Assembly (NCBI GenBank): GCA_964247135.1
Contig: CAXTTL010000063.1
Span: forward strand, 1 to 21,309
Direction of reading: 5' to 3'
DNA: 21,309 bases
DNA from: an uncultured Deinococcales bacterium
GTDB lineage: Bacteria; Deinococcota; Deinococci; Deinococcales; JAAFIG01
Below the pieces are notes generated by a model, which made no database searches, had not been told where the DNA came from, and saw nothing but the letters and a program-made list of their open reading frames with translations. The position numbers and the translations under genes were made by a program. Shown here piece after piece: positions 1 to 8,206 of this stretch; positions within the stretch are counted from its first letter, which is position 1; every line of letters starts with the position of its first letter.

Positions 1-120
1 TTGCCAAAAGCCAAACTTCAATCGGCGGCACAACAATTGACAAGGCAAGCCACATGCCTCAAACGGCACGTCTGGATGGTGGTAACACCGTTATTGCTCG
101 AGTATGGATAGGAGTTCAAA

Positions 121-522
121 ATGAAAAAACCAACCTTGGTATTGATCGGTTTCGCTTCATTGTTGCTCGTGCTCGGTACGGTCATCGCTGTTGACGCGGC
201 GCCTTCGCCGCGTTGGGCAGCCACATACGAGAACCTCACGATGCCAGAAGGCTTTAAAGCCATGATGGTCTTGGTGGACTTCCCGCCCAATTCTGTGTTT
301 CCGCTGCATTCGCATGGAGGACCGGTGATCGCAATGGTGACCGAAGGTGAGATCACCTTGACTCAAAAAGGTGTCAGCAAAGTTTACAAGGCTGGCGAGA
401 GTTTCAACGAACCCGTCGGTTTAATCCACGAGGCTCGCAATCAGGGCAAGACCAAGGCGGCAGTCATGGTGACCTACTTGTTGCCCAAGGGAGCACAGCC
501 GGACATTTTCGTTGGCAAGTAA
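121..522 (+). CDS. Exported cupin-domain protein
   Basis: AGGAG RBS at 110-114; N-terminal signal-like hydrophobic stretch; cupin motifs PLHSHGGPVIAMVTEGEI and GESFNEPVGLIHEARN. Confidence 0.85.
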   Translation: MKKPTLVLIGFASLLLVLGTVIAVDAAPSPRWAATYENLTMPEGFKAMMVLVDFPPNSVFPLHSHGGPVIAMVTEGEITLTQKGVSKVYKAGESFNEPVGLIHEARNQGKTKAAVMVTYLLPKGAQPDIFVGK

Positions 523-658
523 CGCCCTTGAACGCAGCAAAATTCGATCACCATTCAAAATCGGTGCTCGAGGGTTTGGTTAGGGTTGTGGTGAGGTTCG
601 GGCTGGTTTAAAAGTAGCGCCTCATCGGGTGCTGAAGGCTTGGTGGGTCGCCGCAGTA

Positions 659-699
659 GAGCGAGTTTCAAAGGGCACCGAACCCGATGAAACTCGCTC
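659..699. other. Stem-loop in convergent intergenic region (possible terminator or RNA structure)
   Basis: Perfect 12-bp inverted repeat GAGCGAGTTTCA (659-670) / TGAAACTCGCTC (688-699), extended inside by GGG/CCC. No clear U-tract. Confidence 0.6.
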
Positions 700-820
700 A
701 TGGCTTGGAATGCAACCAGGTTGTATTGGCAATATTTACGTTCTCAGATCGCGTTGACAATCTTACAAAATGCAAAATCGCTACAAACAATAGAATAATT
801 TCTTCACAAATTGGCATAAT

Positions 821-853
821 CGTGAATTATATCACATGCAGCGACCAATGCAA
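821..853 (-). promoter_or_regulatory. Putative leftward sigma70 promoter overlapped by a CRP/FNR-like palindrome
   Basis: Minus strand TTGCAT (848-853), 16 nt, then TATAAT (826-831) with an extended TG. Plus strand CGTGA-N6-TCACA (821-836) is one mismatch from TGTGA-N6-TCACA. Confidence 0.45.
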
Positions 854-874
854 CTTAGACGGTCACAACTAAGT

Positions 875-2212
875 TCACAAAGAATTCAAGCGAGCCTCTA
901 TCGCCCGAGCATGGGCTTCAAGCCCCTCAGCCCTGGCAAGCCTGGCAGCGTCGGATGCAGTCTTCTCGAGGGTGGCACGATTTAACCCAACCACCGAAAT
1001 AATTTTTTGAAAATCCCGCACGTTCACCGGACTCGAGAATCGTGCCGTTCCCATCGTCGGCATGACGTGACTCGGACCCGCCAGGTAATCGCCAAGCGCC
1101 TCCATGCTGTCCTCGCCGACAAAAACCCCACCGGCGTTGCGCACCAAACCCAGCACCTCCCAGGGTTGCTCGAGCAATAAACACAAATGCTCTGGGGCGT
1201 AATGGTTTGCCAGGTCGATGCCCTCAAAAATGCTATCAACCAAACAAATTTTGCCGCGTTCCGCCCAGGAATCCCCCGCCCAGGTGCGGTTGGGTTCGGG
1301 CAGTTTTTGTGTTTGAACTTCAATCTCAAGTAGCACACTCGAGATCAAATCGCTCGAGGTGCTGACCAGTACTGGTTGGGCTTCTGCATGTTCGGCTTGG
1401 GCGAGGAGGTCGGCGGCAACGAATTTTGGATTGGCGCTCTCGTCCGCCAGCACCAGGGTTTCGGTCGGACCAGGCAAGCTGACAATGCCCACCGTGCCGT
1501 ACACGGCTCGCATGGCGAGAACGGTGTACAAATTTCCAGGACCACCAATTTTGTCCACTTTGGGAATGCTCGCCGTGCCATACGCCATCGCCGCGATTGC
1601 CTGCGCTCCGCCCAAGGCAAACACGCGGTGTACGCCGCACTCGAGCGCCGCCGTTAACGTGGTGGCGTCAACATGCCCATCTTTTCCAGGCGGTGAGCAC
1701 AGAATAATTTCGGGAACGCCTGCCACCGCCGCCGGAATGACGGTGTGAATCACGCTCGAGGCGAGTGGATTTGCCCCAGCGGGAGCGTACACGCCCACCC
1801 GGTCTATTGGGCGCACCAGTTGCCCGATTGCGCCCTCGGAGTTGTGCTCGAGAAAACCGTGCGCGGGTTGTTTGAGGTAAAAATCTTTCACGCGCCTGAT
1901 GGCATGACGGATGGCACCCAGCAAATCGGGTGACAGTGAATTTCGGGCGGCAAGCATTTCCTGCCGACTGACCTCAAGAACGCCACTGGCAGGAATGCCG
2001 TCCAATTTGCTCGCATAACGAAAAACCGCCTCATCTCCCTCGAGCCTGACCTGGCGCAAGATTTGCTCAACCACCTGCTCGGGAGTCAATGGTTCGCCGT
2101 ACAAAGCCTCGTTGCGTTGCAGCGTCTCGAGGCTGACCGGGCGTTCACCAAAACCTCGGCTCAACGATTCTCGAGCCTCCGTACCGCGCAAGACCTCGGG
2201 ATGGGATTTCAT
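875..2212 (-). CDS. hisD: Histidinol dehydrogenase
   Basis: Motifs RVGVYAPAG, GGAQAIAAMAYGT, VDKIGGPGNLY, PGPTE, LLAQAEH, APEHL, GDYLAGPSHVMPT. ATGA overlap with the upstream gene stop. Confidence 0.97.
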   Translation of the reverse strand: MKSHPEVLRGTEARESLSRGFGERPVSLETLQRNEALYGEPLTPEQVVEQILRQVRLEGDEAVFRYASKLDGIPASGVLEVSRQEMLAARNSLSPDLLGAIRHAIRRVKDFYLKQPAHGFLEHNSEGAIGQLVRPIDRVGVYAPAGANPLASSVIHTVIPAAVAGVPEIILCSPPGKDGHVDATTLTAALECGVHRVFALGGAQAIAAMAYGTASIPKVDKIGGPGNLYTVLAMRAVYGTVGIVSLPGPTETLVLADESANPKFVAADLLAQAEHAEAQPVLVSTSSDLISSVLLEIEVQTQKLPEPNRTWAGDSWAERGKICLVDSIFEGIDLANHYAPEHLCLLLEQPWEVLGLVRNAGGVFVGEDSMEALGDYLAGPSHVMPTMGTARFSSPVNVRDFQKIISVVGLNRATLEKTASDAARLARAEGLEAHARAIEARLNSL

Positions 2213-3093
2213 TCGTTGCCCTCGGATTTTGCGTTGCGCTTGCGAAAACGCCTGCGTTTTCTGCCCGTTTTGCGCTCGGTGTCTTCGGGTTTGGGCGTTT
2301 CCACTTTGACCTGCTGAGCCACGCGCTGCTCGCGGCTGGGCTGGGCTGCCTTTGATTTGTCAAACCCAGCCTTTTGCTGCGCTCGAGACGGCGCGGGTTG
2401 CCCAGGTCGTGAGCGAATGTTGCCCCGTTGGTCTCGGTTTGAATCCCGGTTTTCACGACGGCTCGGCTGCTGTTGGGGTGTGATGGTACGGGTCAGCACC
2501 GCCTCGAGCGCATATTTGCCCAGCGTTTGCGAGAATTTAAGTGGTCGGCAGGGTTCAGCCGCCTCGATGTAGACCAAATTAACCCCAGGACGCACGTAAT
2601 ACACCCGAGCCAAGACCTCGCCCCAAGGTGAGCTGACGAACTCATCCTCGAGCCGTGTGACCAATGCCATGCCGCCGACCATCGGCACTCGAGCCACCGT
2701 GATGTCATCTGACAGTTCGCGCAGCAATTGCAGCATCGAAACCGGATCGTGGTAATCCTGGGTCAAGGCAATGCTCGCCTCATCACGGTTTTGTTTGACC
2801 GTCAACAAGCCTGCGCGGCGGTCAAAAATCGTTTCAAACGGTCGGTCGCCCGATTCCTGATACGAATTTGGAAAACCGGTGCTCGGCTCGAGCTTCGAGG
2901 TTTGTACGCGTTTTTGCCCGTTGCCGAGTGGACTTTGCAGCACCGTCTCGAGGCGAATGACGAATTGGTTTTTTTCAAAGCCCGAAATCCAACGCTCCGT
3001 ACCCGCCAGACGACCGGCATAATGGAGCGAAAATTGAAACTCTTCGGGCTTGAAAAGTGCATGGGATTCAGAAAAGTGGTTCTGGTCGAACAT
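2209..3093 (-). CDS. Hypothetical protein: beta-rich N-terminal domain (possibly DUF3108-like) and Arg/Gln-rich disordered C-tail
   Basis: 294-aa ORF translationally coupled to hisD; TAGTCT box 6 nt before the ATG. Family assignment is tentative. Confidence 0.7.
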   Translation of the reverse strand: MFDQNHFSESHALFKPEEFQFSLHYAGRLAGTERWISGFEKNQFVIRLETVLQSPLGNGQKRVQTSKLEPSTGFPNSYQESGDRPFETIFDRRAGLLTVKQNRDEASIALTQDYHDPVSMLQLLRELSDDITVARVPMVGGMALVTRLEDEFVSSPWGEVLARVYYVRPGVNLVYIEAAEPCRPLKFSQTLGKYALEAVLTRTITPQQQPSRRENRDSNRDQRGNIRSRPGQPAPSRAQQKAGFDKSKAAQPSREQRVAQQVKVETPKPEDTERKTGRKRRRFRKRNAKSEGNE

Positions 3094-3099
3094 GCCATT

Positions 3100-3105
3100 A
3101 GACTA
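3100..3105 (-). promoter_or_regulatory. -10 box of leaderless promoter (hypothetical-hisD operon)
   Basis: Minus strand TGT-TAGTCT-AATGGC-ATG. Confidence 0.6.
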
Positions 3106-3174
3106 ACACGCTCGATTTTGGCTCGGCATTGATCGATCTGATGCAGGGTTGCAAATGGCAACGCGACACAATGA

Positions 3175-3180
3175 TAGGCT
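3175..3180 (+). promoter_or_regulatory. Extended -10 box of leaderless promoter (alpha/beta hydrolase)
   Basis: TGA-TAGGCT-CGAGGGC-ATG(3188); overlaps CTCGAG at 3179. Confidence 0.6.
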
Positions 3181-3187
3181 CGAGGGC

Positions 3188-3937
3188 ATGAAAATCTTCA
3201 AGCGAATTCTGCTCAACGTTTTGTACGTGTCCTGCGGTGTGTTGATGGGCTTGATCTGGGGTGTCAAACCTCGAGCAACCGTGCTCGGCATTGATCCCGT
3301 GCCGGCAGGCGAAAGCGCTTTGATTCCAGGCGTCGAGGTCAGTCTCGAGCCTGGGAATTTTATTCTTGCCAAACCCGTTTCCCCCAACGGTATCGTTTTC
3401 GTTTATTATCCTGGCGGTCGCGTTCCAGCCCAAAGTTATGAATTTATCGCTCGAGCACTTGCTGCCCAGGGTGTGACCGTTGCCATTCCAGTCATGCCGC
3501 TCGAGTTGGCGGTGATTACGCCCAACCGCGCCTCTGAAGTCCGAACGGCGCTCGAGGCTGGCGGCATGAAAATTGCTAAGTTTATTGTTGGTGGTCACAG
3601 CCTCGGTGGGGCGATGGCGGCAAAATACGCCTTTTCCAATCCCGTCGATGGCTTGGTCTTGATGGGCGCGTACAGCGTCGATGATTTGACTGGGAAATCT
3701 TTTAAAGTCCTCGACATCGCCGCCGAACACGACGGACTGGCAACGCCAGAAAAAGTCAAAGCCGGACTCGAGAAACTGCCTTCAGGCTCGAAGGTCGACG
3801 TGATCTCTGGCGGCGTTCATGCGTTTTTTGGTCGTTATGGACCGCAAGCTGGCGACGGCAGCCCAACGGTGGCTCGAGACGTCTTTGAAAAGGATTTGCT
3901 CGAGAAGTTGAACAATTACTTTCAAACCTTGCAATAA
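3188..3937 (+). CDS. Alpha/beta hydrolase (carboxylesterase-like) with N-terminal membrane anchor
   Basis: YYPGGRV oxyanion region, GGHSLGG nucleophile elbow, AEHDGL (Asp) and GGVHAFFG (His). Start moved from 3149 to ATG 3188 because of the -10 box. Confidence 0.88.
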   Translation: MKIFKRILLNVLYVSCGVLMGLIWGVKPRATVLGIDPVPAGESALIPGVEVSLEPGNFILAKPVSPNGIVFVYYPGGRVPAQSYEFIARALAAQGVTVAIPVMPLELAVITPNRASEVRTALEAGGMKIAKFIVGGHSLGGAMAAKYAFSNPVDGLVLMGAYSVDDLTGKSFKVLDIAAEHDGLATPEKVKAGLEKLPSGSKVDVISGGVHAFFGRYGPQAGDGSPTVARDVFEKDLLEKLNNYFQTLQ

Positions 3938-4182
3938 TTCGGTGATGTGCAACACGGTTCAATTCGGATGATTTGGTTTTGAAACGCCATCACCAGAGTC
4001 TTGGGTCAGACCATCCAATTTCATGCCTCAGATTTTGTGCGGGGATGATTTGCCCCGTGCGATTTGTGCGCTCGAGCCTCCGCAAACAAGCGAACACTCG
4101 AGGTGCCATATTTTTTCAGAGCCTTTTCAGACCCATTTTTCTAAGCTCCGACGACCGAGAGATTCGGGAGAGGAGTAAGAGT

Positions 4183-5616
4183 ATGAATATCAAAACTCGA
4201 GCGCTGGGCATGGGTGGATTGATCTTTTTGGCGGCATGTAATACCGTGCCGATACCGAAAGCGGATTTAAAAGTACAGCTTGGCGCCCCAAATACCACCA
4301 GCCCAGGCGCAACGTTGCGCCCCGCCTTGAGGGGCATCAATTCTGGTGAATGGTTTGCGTTTGGTTCGCACCCTGGACAACCAGGCTATGTGGTCGATGT
4401 GGTGCTCTCGAGCGATACATTCGTGCCGCTCGGCTTGGCGCAGTATTCCCCCAATTACCGAGAGGATGTGCTGCTCGAGAAAGGACGCATCGACCCAACC
4501 CAAGATTTGCAGGCGGGCGATGATTTGCTGCTGCCAACGGCAACCATGAAAATCCCGAGCGACACGCCCAAAGGCAATTATTTTGTCTGTGCGTACATTG
4601 ATCCTGCCGGTGTGATCGCTGAAATGGCTGAGGACAACAACCTCGATTGTCGCCCGATTCAAATCGGTGATCCACCATCGCCGCCCACGCCGGTGGACGT
4701 TCCAGGCGTGACTTGGGGCGACCCGCACCTGATTACCTTTGACCAGGTCGGTCTCGAATTTCAACCCCAAGGAGAATTTGATCTGGCACTCTCGAACGAC
4801 AAAATCTGGCGGGTTCAAGCCAGGCATCAGCATTGGGCTGGCAGCACCACCGTCAGCGTGAATACCGCCATTGCCACCAAAATAGCAGGTCAGAAGGCAG
4901 GGTTTTACCTGAACAGCGACCCACCGTTGCGCCTGGGAGACACTGGCATTGCGACCAGCGTTCCAGCGGGCGGTCTCCACTTCCCAGACGGCACGACCAT
5001 TACCAGCAGTGGTCCACAGGATTTTCTGGTGAATTACCCAAACCTCGAGCGTCTCAAAATTCATATCGAAGCCACGTACATCAACGGTTATCTGTACCCA
5101 ACCACGGCTCGAGCCGGACAGATGCGCGGTTTGCTGGGAAATTTTGACGGGAATTTGACCAACGAACTGATCAAACGCGACGGCACGCAAATTCCGATGC
5201 CCGCAAATTCGACCATCATGTACGGCGAGTACGCCGACTCGTGGCGGGTCCTGCCCTGCGATGCCCTGTTTTACGACAGTCCCAACACCATTCAAAACCC
5301 ATGCCCAAAACCTGGCGGACCAATTGGCGGGATTAAAAACGCGAGTCTGGCAATCGCCATTACGCTTGACGATCTCACCAAAGCCCAAGTCGTCTGTCAA
5401 GCCGCGAACGTCAAACCCAAGAACCTCGAGCAATGCGTTCTTGACGTGGCAACCACCAAAGACGAAAGTTTTGCCAAAACCGCCAGCGAGGTTCAAGAAC
5501 CGATTGCCAACATGATCTTCCCAGATTTACCGATTCTGCCAATGCCGTTGCCAATCATTGACCCTGTTCCCGTGCCACAACCGCCAGTCACCGACCCAGC
5601 CCAGACCACCAAGTAA
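4183..5616 (+). CDS. Lipoprotein with CARDB-like Ig domain and von Willebrand factor type D (vWD) domain with GDPH motif
   Basis: AGGAG RBS at 4171-4175 before ATG 4183; lipobox LAA-C19; CARDB-like IDPAGVIAEMAEDNN; vWD motifs WGDPHLITFD, FQPQGEFDL, RGLLGNFDGNLTNE, YADSWRV; Pro-rich linker and tail. Confidence 0.82.
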   Translation: MNIKTRALGMGGLIFLAACNTVPIPKADLKVQLGAPNTTSPGATLRPALRGINSGEWFAFGSHPGQPGYVVDVVLSSDTFVPLGLAQYSPNYREDVLLEKGRIDPTQDLQAGDDLLLPTATMKIPSDTPKGNYFVCAYIDPAGVIAEMAEDNNLDCRPIQIGDPPSPPTPVDVPGVTWGDPHLITFDQVGLEFQPQGEFDLALSNDKIWRVQARHQHWAGSTTVSVNTAIATKIAGQKAGFYLNSDPPLRLGDTGIATSVPAGGLHFPDGTTITSSGPQDFLVNYPNLERLKIHIEATYINGYLYPTTARAGQMRGLLGNFDGNLTNELIKRDGTQIPMPANSTIMYGEYADSWRVLPCDALFYDSPNTIQNPCPKPGGPIGGIKNASLAIAITLDDLTKAQVVCQAANVKPKNLEQCVLDVATTKDESFAKTASEVQEPIANMIFPDLPILPMPLPIIDPVPVPQPPVTDPAQTTK

Positions 5617-5636
5617 AGCTCGAGATGTTGCAAATG

Positions 5637-5667
5637 GCGTCTGCCGACACTTGCGGTGGACGCTTTT
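5637..5667 (+). terminator. Intrinsic terminator after the vWD lipoprotein gene
   Basis: Stem GCGTCTGCCG / CGGTGGACGC (10 bp with two G-U pairs), 7-nt loop, then TTTT. Confidence 0.6.
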
Positions 5668-5717
5668 GACTCGAGGATTTGAAAACGAACGATGCCGTTG
5701 TGAGAGTTTTACGGCAT

Positions 5718-6710
5718 CTATCCAAGCGAATGAACATCTCGAGCACCTGCCACAAACATCGCCACACGAAGCTCAAAAATCACTTTCTCCAGGTGGGCAA
5801 TCACCGCCTCTGGACTGTGCAATGCTGGCTCGAGCAGCGGTTTTGCCATTGCGGCAACGCTTGCGCCCAGTTTGAGCGATTTGGCAACCTCAAGTCCTGT
5901 GCGGATACCGCCAGACGCCATCAGGGGCATCTCGGGCAGCGCCGCACGGCATTCTCGCAAGGCTTGCGCCGTCGGAATGCCAATTTCATCCAAATCGGGA
6001 TGCTCGAGCCGACCATGATGCGCAAAATCCTCCACTTTTGCCCAACTTGTACCACCAGCGCCAGCCACGTCGAGCGCTGCAAAGCCAACGTTTTTGACGG
6101 CTCGAGCGACACTGCCGCTCAAGCCGTGTCCGACCTCTTTGAGCATCACCGGATAACCGACTTCGGGCACAACCTGCTCGAGAATCTGGATAAGACCCGC
6201 AAAATCGGTGTCGCCGCCAGGTTGCAACGCCTCCTGCAAAGGATTGGTATGAAAAGCGATTGCGTCCGCGCCGACCAACTCAATCGCCGCTCGAGCCTCT
6301 TTTGCGCCGTAACCTTTTTTGAACTGCGCCACACCGATGTTGCCCACCAGCAAAATGTCGGGCGCAACATCCCGAATTTGAAAACTTGCCCGCGCAGATT
6401 CGATCTCGAGCATCGCCCGCTGCGAACCGAGCATCATGCCAATGCCCAAATGCTGGGCGGCGATAGCCAGATTGCGATTGATTTTGGCGGCACGTTCAGC
6501 GCCGCCCGTCATCGCGCCGATTAAAAATGGCGCACGCAATGTTTTGCCCAAGAATTCAGTCTCGAGGTTGATGTCCTCCAGCGAAATTTCTGGCAATGCA
6601 TTGTAATCCCAAGCCATCAACTCGAGTCCGGTGGTTTTGGTGCTGTACTCGACGGGATGCTCGAGGCAGACTTCGATGTGTTTGAGTTTTCGTTCTTTGA
6701 TCGCACTCAT
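5718..6710 (-). CDS. fni: Type 2 isopentenyl-diphosphate delta-isomerase (FMN-dependent)
   Basis: ERKLKHI start, IGAMTGG, GSQRA, GNIG, HTNPLQEALQPGGDTDF, LKEVGHG, DVAGAGGTSW, ASGGIRTG. TAGCAT box 7 nt before the ATG. Confidence 0.96.
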   Translation of the reverse strand: MSAIKERKLKHIEVCLEHPVEYSTKTTGLELMAWDYNALPEISLEDINLETEFLGKTLRAPFLIGAMTGGAERAAKINRNLAIAAQHLGIGMMLGSQRAMLEIESARASFQIRDVAPDILLVGNIGVAQFKKGYGAKEARAAIELVGADAIAFHTNPLQEALQPGGDTDFAGLIQILEQVVPEVGYPVMLKEVGHGLSGSVARAVKNVGFAALDVAGAGGTSWAKVEDFAHHGRLEHPDLDEIGIPTAQALRECRAALPEMPLMASGGIRTGLEVAKSLKLGASVAAMAKPLLEPALHSPEAVIAHLEKVIFELRVAMFVAGARDVHSLG

Positions 6711-6917
6711 TTCTTAAATGCTACCGCAGCTTTGGCTGACGATTGACTTTGGTTTTGTGCTGATTGCCTCGAGACATCAATTTTAAAATTGTTCGAGCCT
6801 GAAGTCTTGGACATCGTGGTATGTTGCCACAGGGCGAGAGCAACTTGTGCGCTTCACCGTGATCGATTTTTAGGTGTTTCGAGTTTGTCGCCAACATAAA
6901 CTTTTGAAATCTCAACA

Positions 6918-8159
6918 ATGAATATTCTCGTCATCTCACAATTCAATAAGCATTCAAAAAATGGTGGCGGAGAATCAGTTGTCACCTTTCAACAGGTAAA
7001 ATCATTGGTTGAACACGGTCACTCCGTGGCGGTGGTGACTCATGGTGATGCAAATGAAGTTGTATTTGACCAAGGTTTGGGTGTCACGTTCATTTTTGCC
7101 CAAACCCTTGGAGAACCTCCTTTTGGCTACATGCCGCTCTCGAAAAAACAATTTCAATTTCTCGAGACTTCAATTCAAGACTTTAAACCAGAGATCATTC
7201 ATTCGCACACCATGAATTACTTGGCGCTGATGGTGCAAGGTTTTGCACTAAAACACGGTTTTAAATTTTTGTATACAACCCATGAACTGCCAGATAAGTT
7301 GGTTCATTTTTTTCGTTATGGAAAAACGTTACAAAATTTGACATCTATTTTTGTTAACATGCTTGTCAAAGCTTTCTTAGCCAATACCGATAAAGTTTTA
7401 GCGATCAATAAGGCTTCAAAAGAATCAACGCTGCGATTAAACTATCGAGGACAAATTGATATTATCCACAATGGTGTTGAAATTAAAATATTTGATGATC
7501 TTGAAGAGATGTTTCCAAGCGACATCGTAAATTTATATTTTGTGGGTGGAATTAATGATCGAAAAAACCAATGCTTTTTAATTCAAGTAATGCAATACTT
7601 GCCCTCAAATTTTGTTTTACATTTGATTGGCGAATCTGAAAAGATATACAAATTAAAAATTGATAAATTAATTCATGAAAGCAATTTAATCGATAGAATT
7701 AAACTTATGGGCAGTATCGAAAATCAAAAATTGCCACAAATCATTAAAGATTATCATATTTTTGTCAGCGCATCGAAAATGGAAGTTCAGAGTGTGGCTG
7801 TGATTGAAGCCTTGGCGGCGGCAAAACCAATTGTTGCCTTAAAAAACGAAACCATAGAAGATATTGCGGATCATGACTGTGTGACCATGCTGCCACCAGA
7901 AGCCAGCCCAGAAGAATTTGCAAGATCAATTTTGGGAATGCTCGAGGACAAAAATCGGTATTTGACCAACGCCAAAGAAGCTCGAGAAATTTCCAGACTT
8001 TATACCAAAGAAGCAGCCTATAAAATGAATATTCAATCTTATGAAACAACGGAAATCTCGAGCAGCAGAAATCAAAACGCTTATAAGGCAAGTATATTTG
8101 TTTATACTATAGGTGTGGGGTCGCTTTATCGAATCAAAACGTTTTTAAGTCGCTTTTAA
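6918..8159 (+). CDS. Glycosyltransferase family 4 (GT-B), resembling diacylglycerol glycosyltransferases
   Basis: MNILVIS...GG start, KPEIIHSHT, YTTHE, IIHNGVE, FVGGINDRKN, FVSASKMEVQSVAVIEALAAAKPIV (EX7E). Visibly AT-rich. Substrate is inferred. Confidence 0.88.
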   Translation: MNILVISQFNKHSKNGGGESVVTFQQVKSLVEHGHSVAVVTHGDANEVVFDQGLGVTFIFAQTLGEPPFGYMPLSKKQFQFLETSIQDFKPEIIHSHTMNYLALMVQGFALKHGFKFLYTTHELPDKLVHFFRYGKTLQNLTSIFVNMLVKAFLANTDKVLAINKASKESTLRLNYRGQIDIIHNGVEIKIFDDLEEMFPSDIVNLYFVGGINDRKNQCFLIQVMQYLPSNFVLHLIGESEKIYKLKIDKLIHESNLIDRIKLMGSIENQKLPQIIKDYHIFVSASKMEVQSVAVIEALAAAKPIVALKNETIEDIADHDCVTMLPPEASPEEFARSILGMLEDKNRYLTNAKEAREISRLYTKEAAYKMNIQSYETTEISSSRNQNAYKASIFVYTIGVGSLYRIKTFLSRF

Positions 8160-8206
8160 CTTTGCATTTCATACTCTGAATCAATAGATGATCTTAAATT
8201 AAAAAG

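Noticed and set aside
687-872. 61-aa plus-strand ORF in the convergent gap
   Set aside because: No RBS or -10 box before it, its start lies within the hairpin, and it has no recognisable motif.
3973-4182. 70-aa N-terminal extension of the vWD protein in the ORF track
   Set aside because: The RBS at 4171-4175 and a lipoprotein signal starting at ATG 4183 define the real start.
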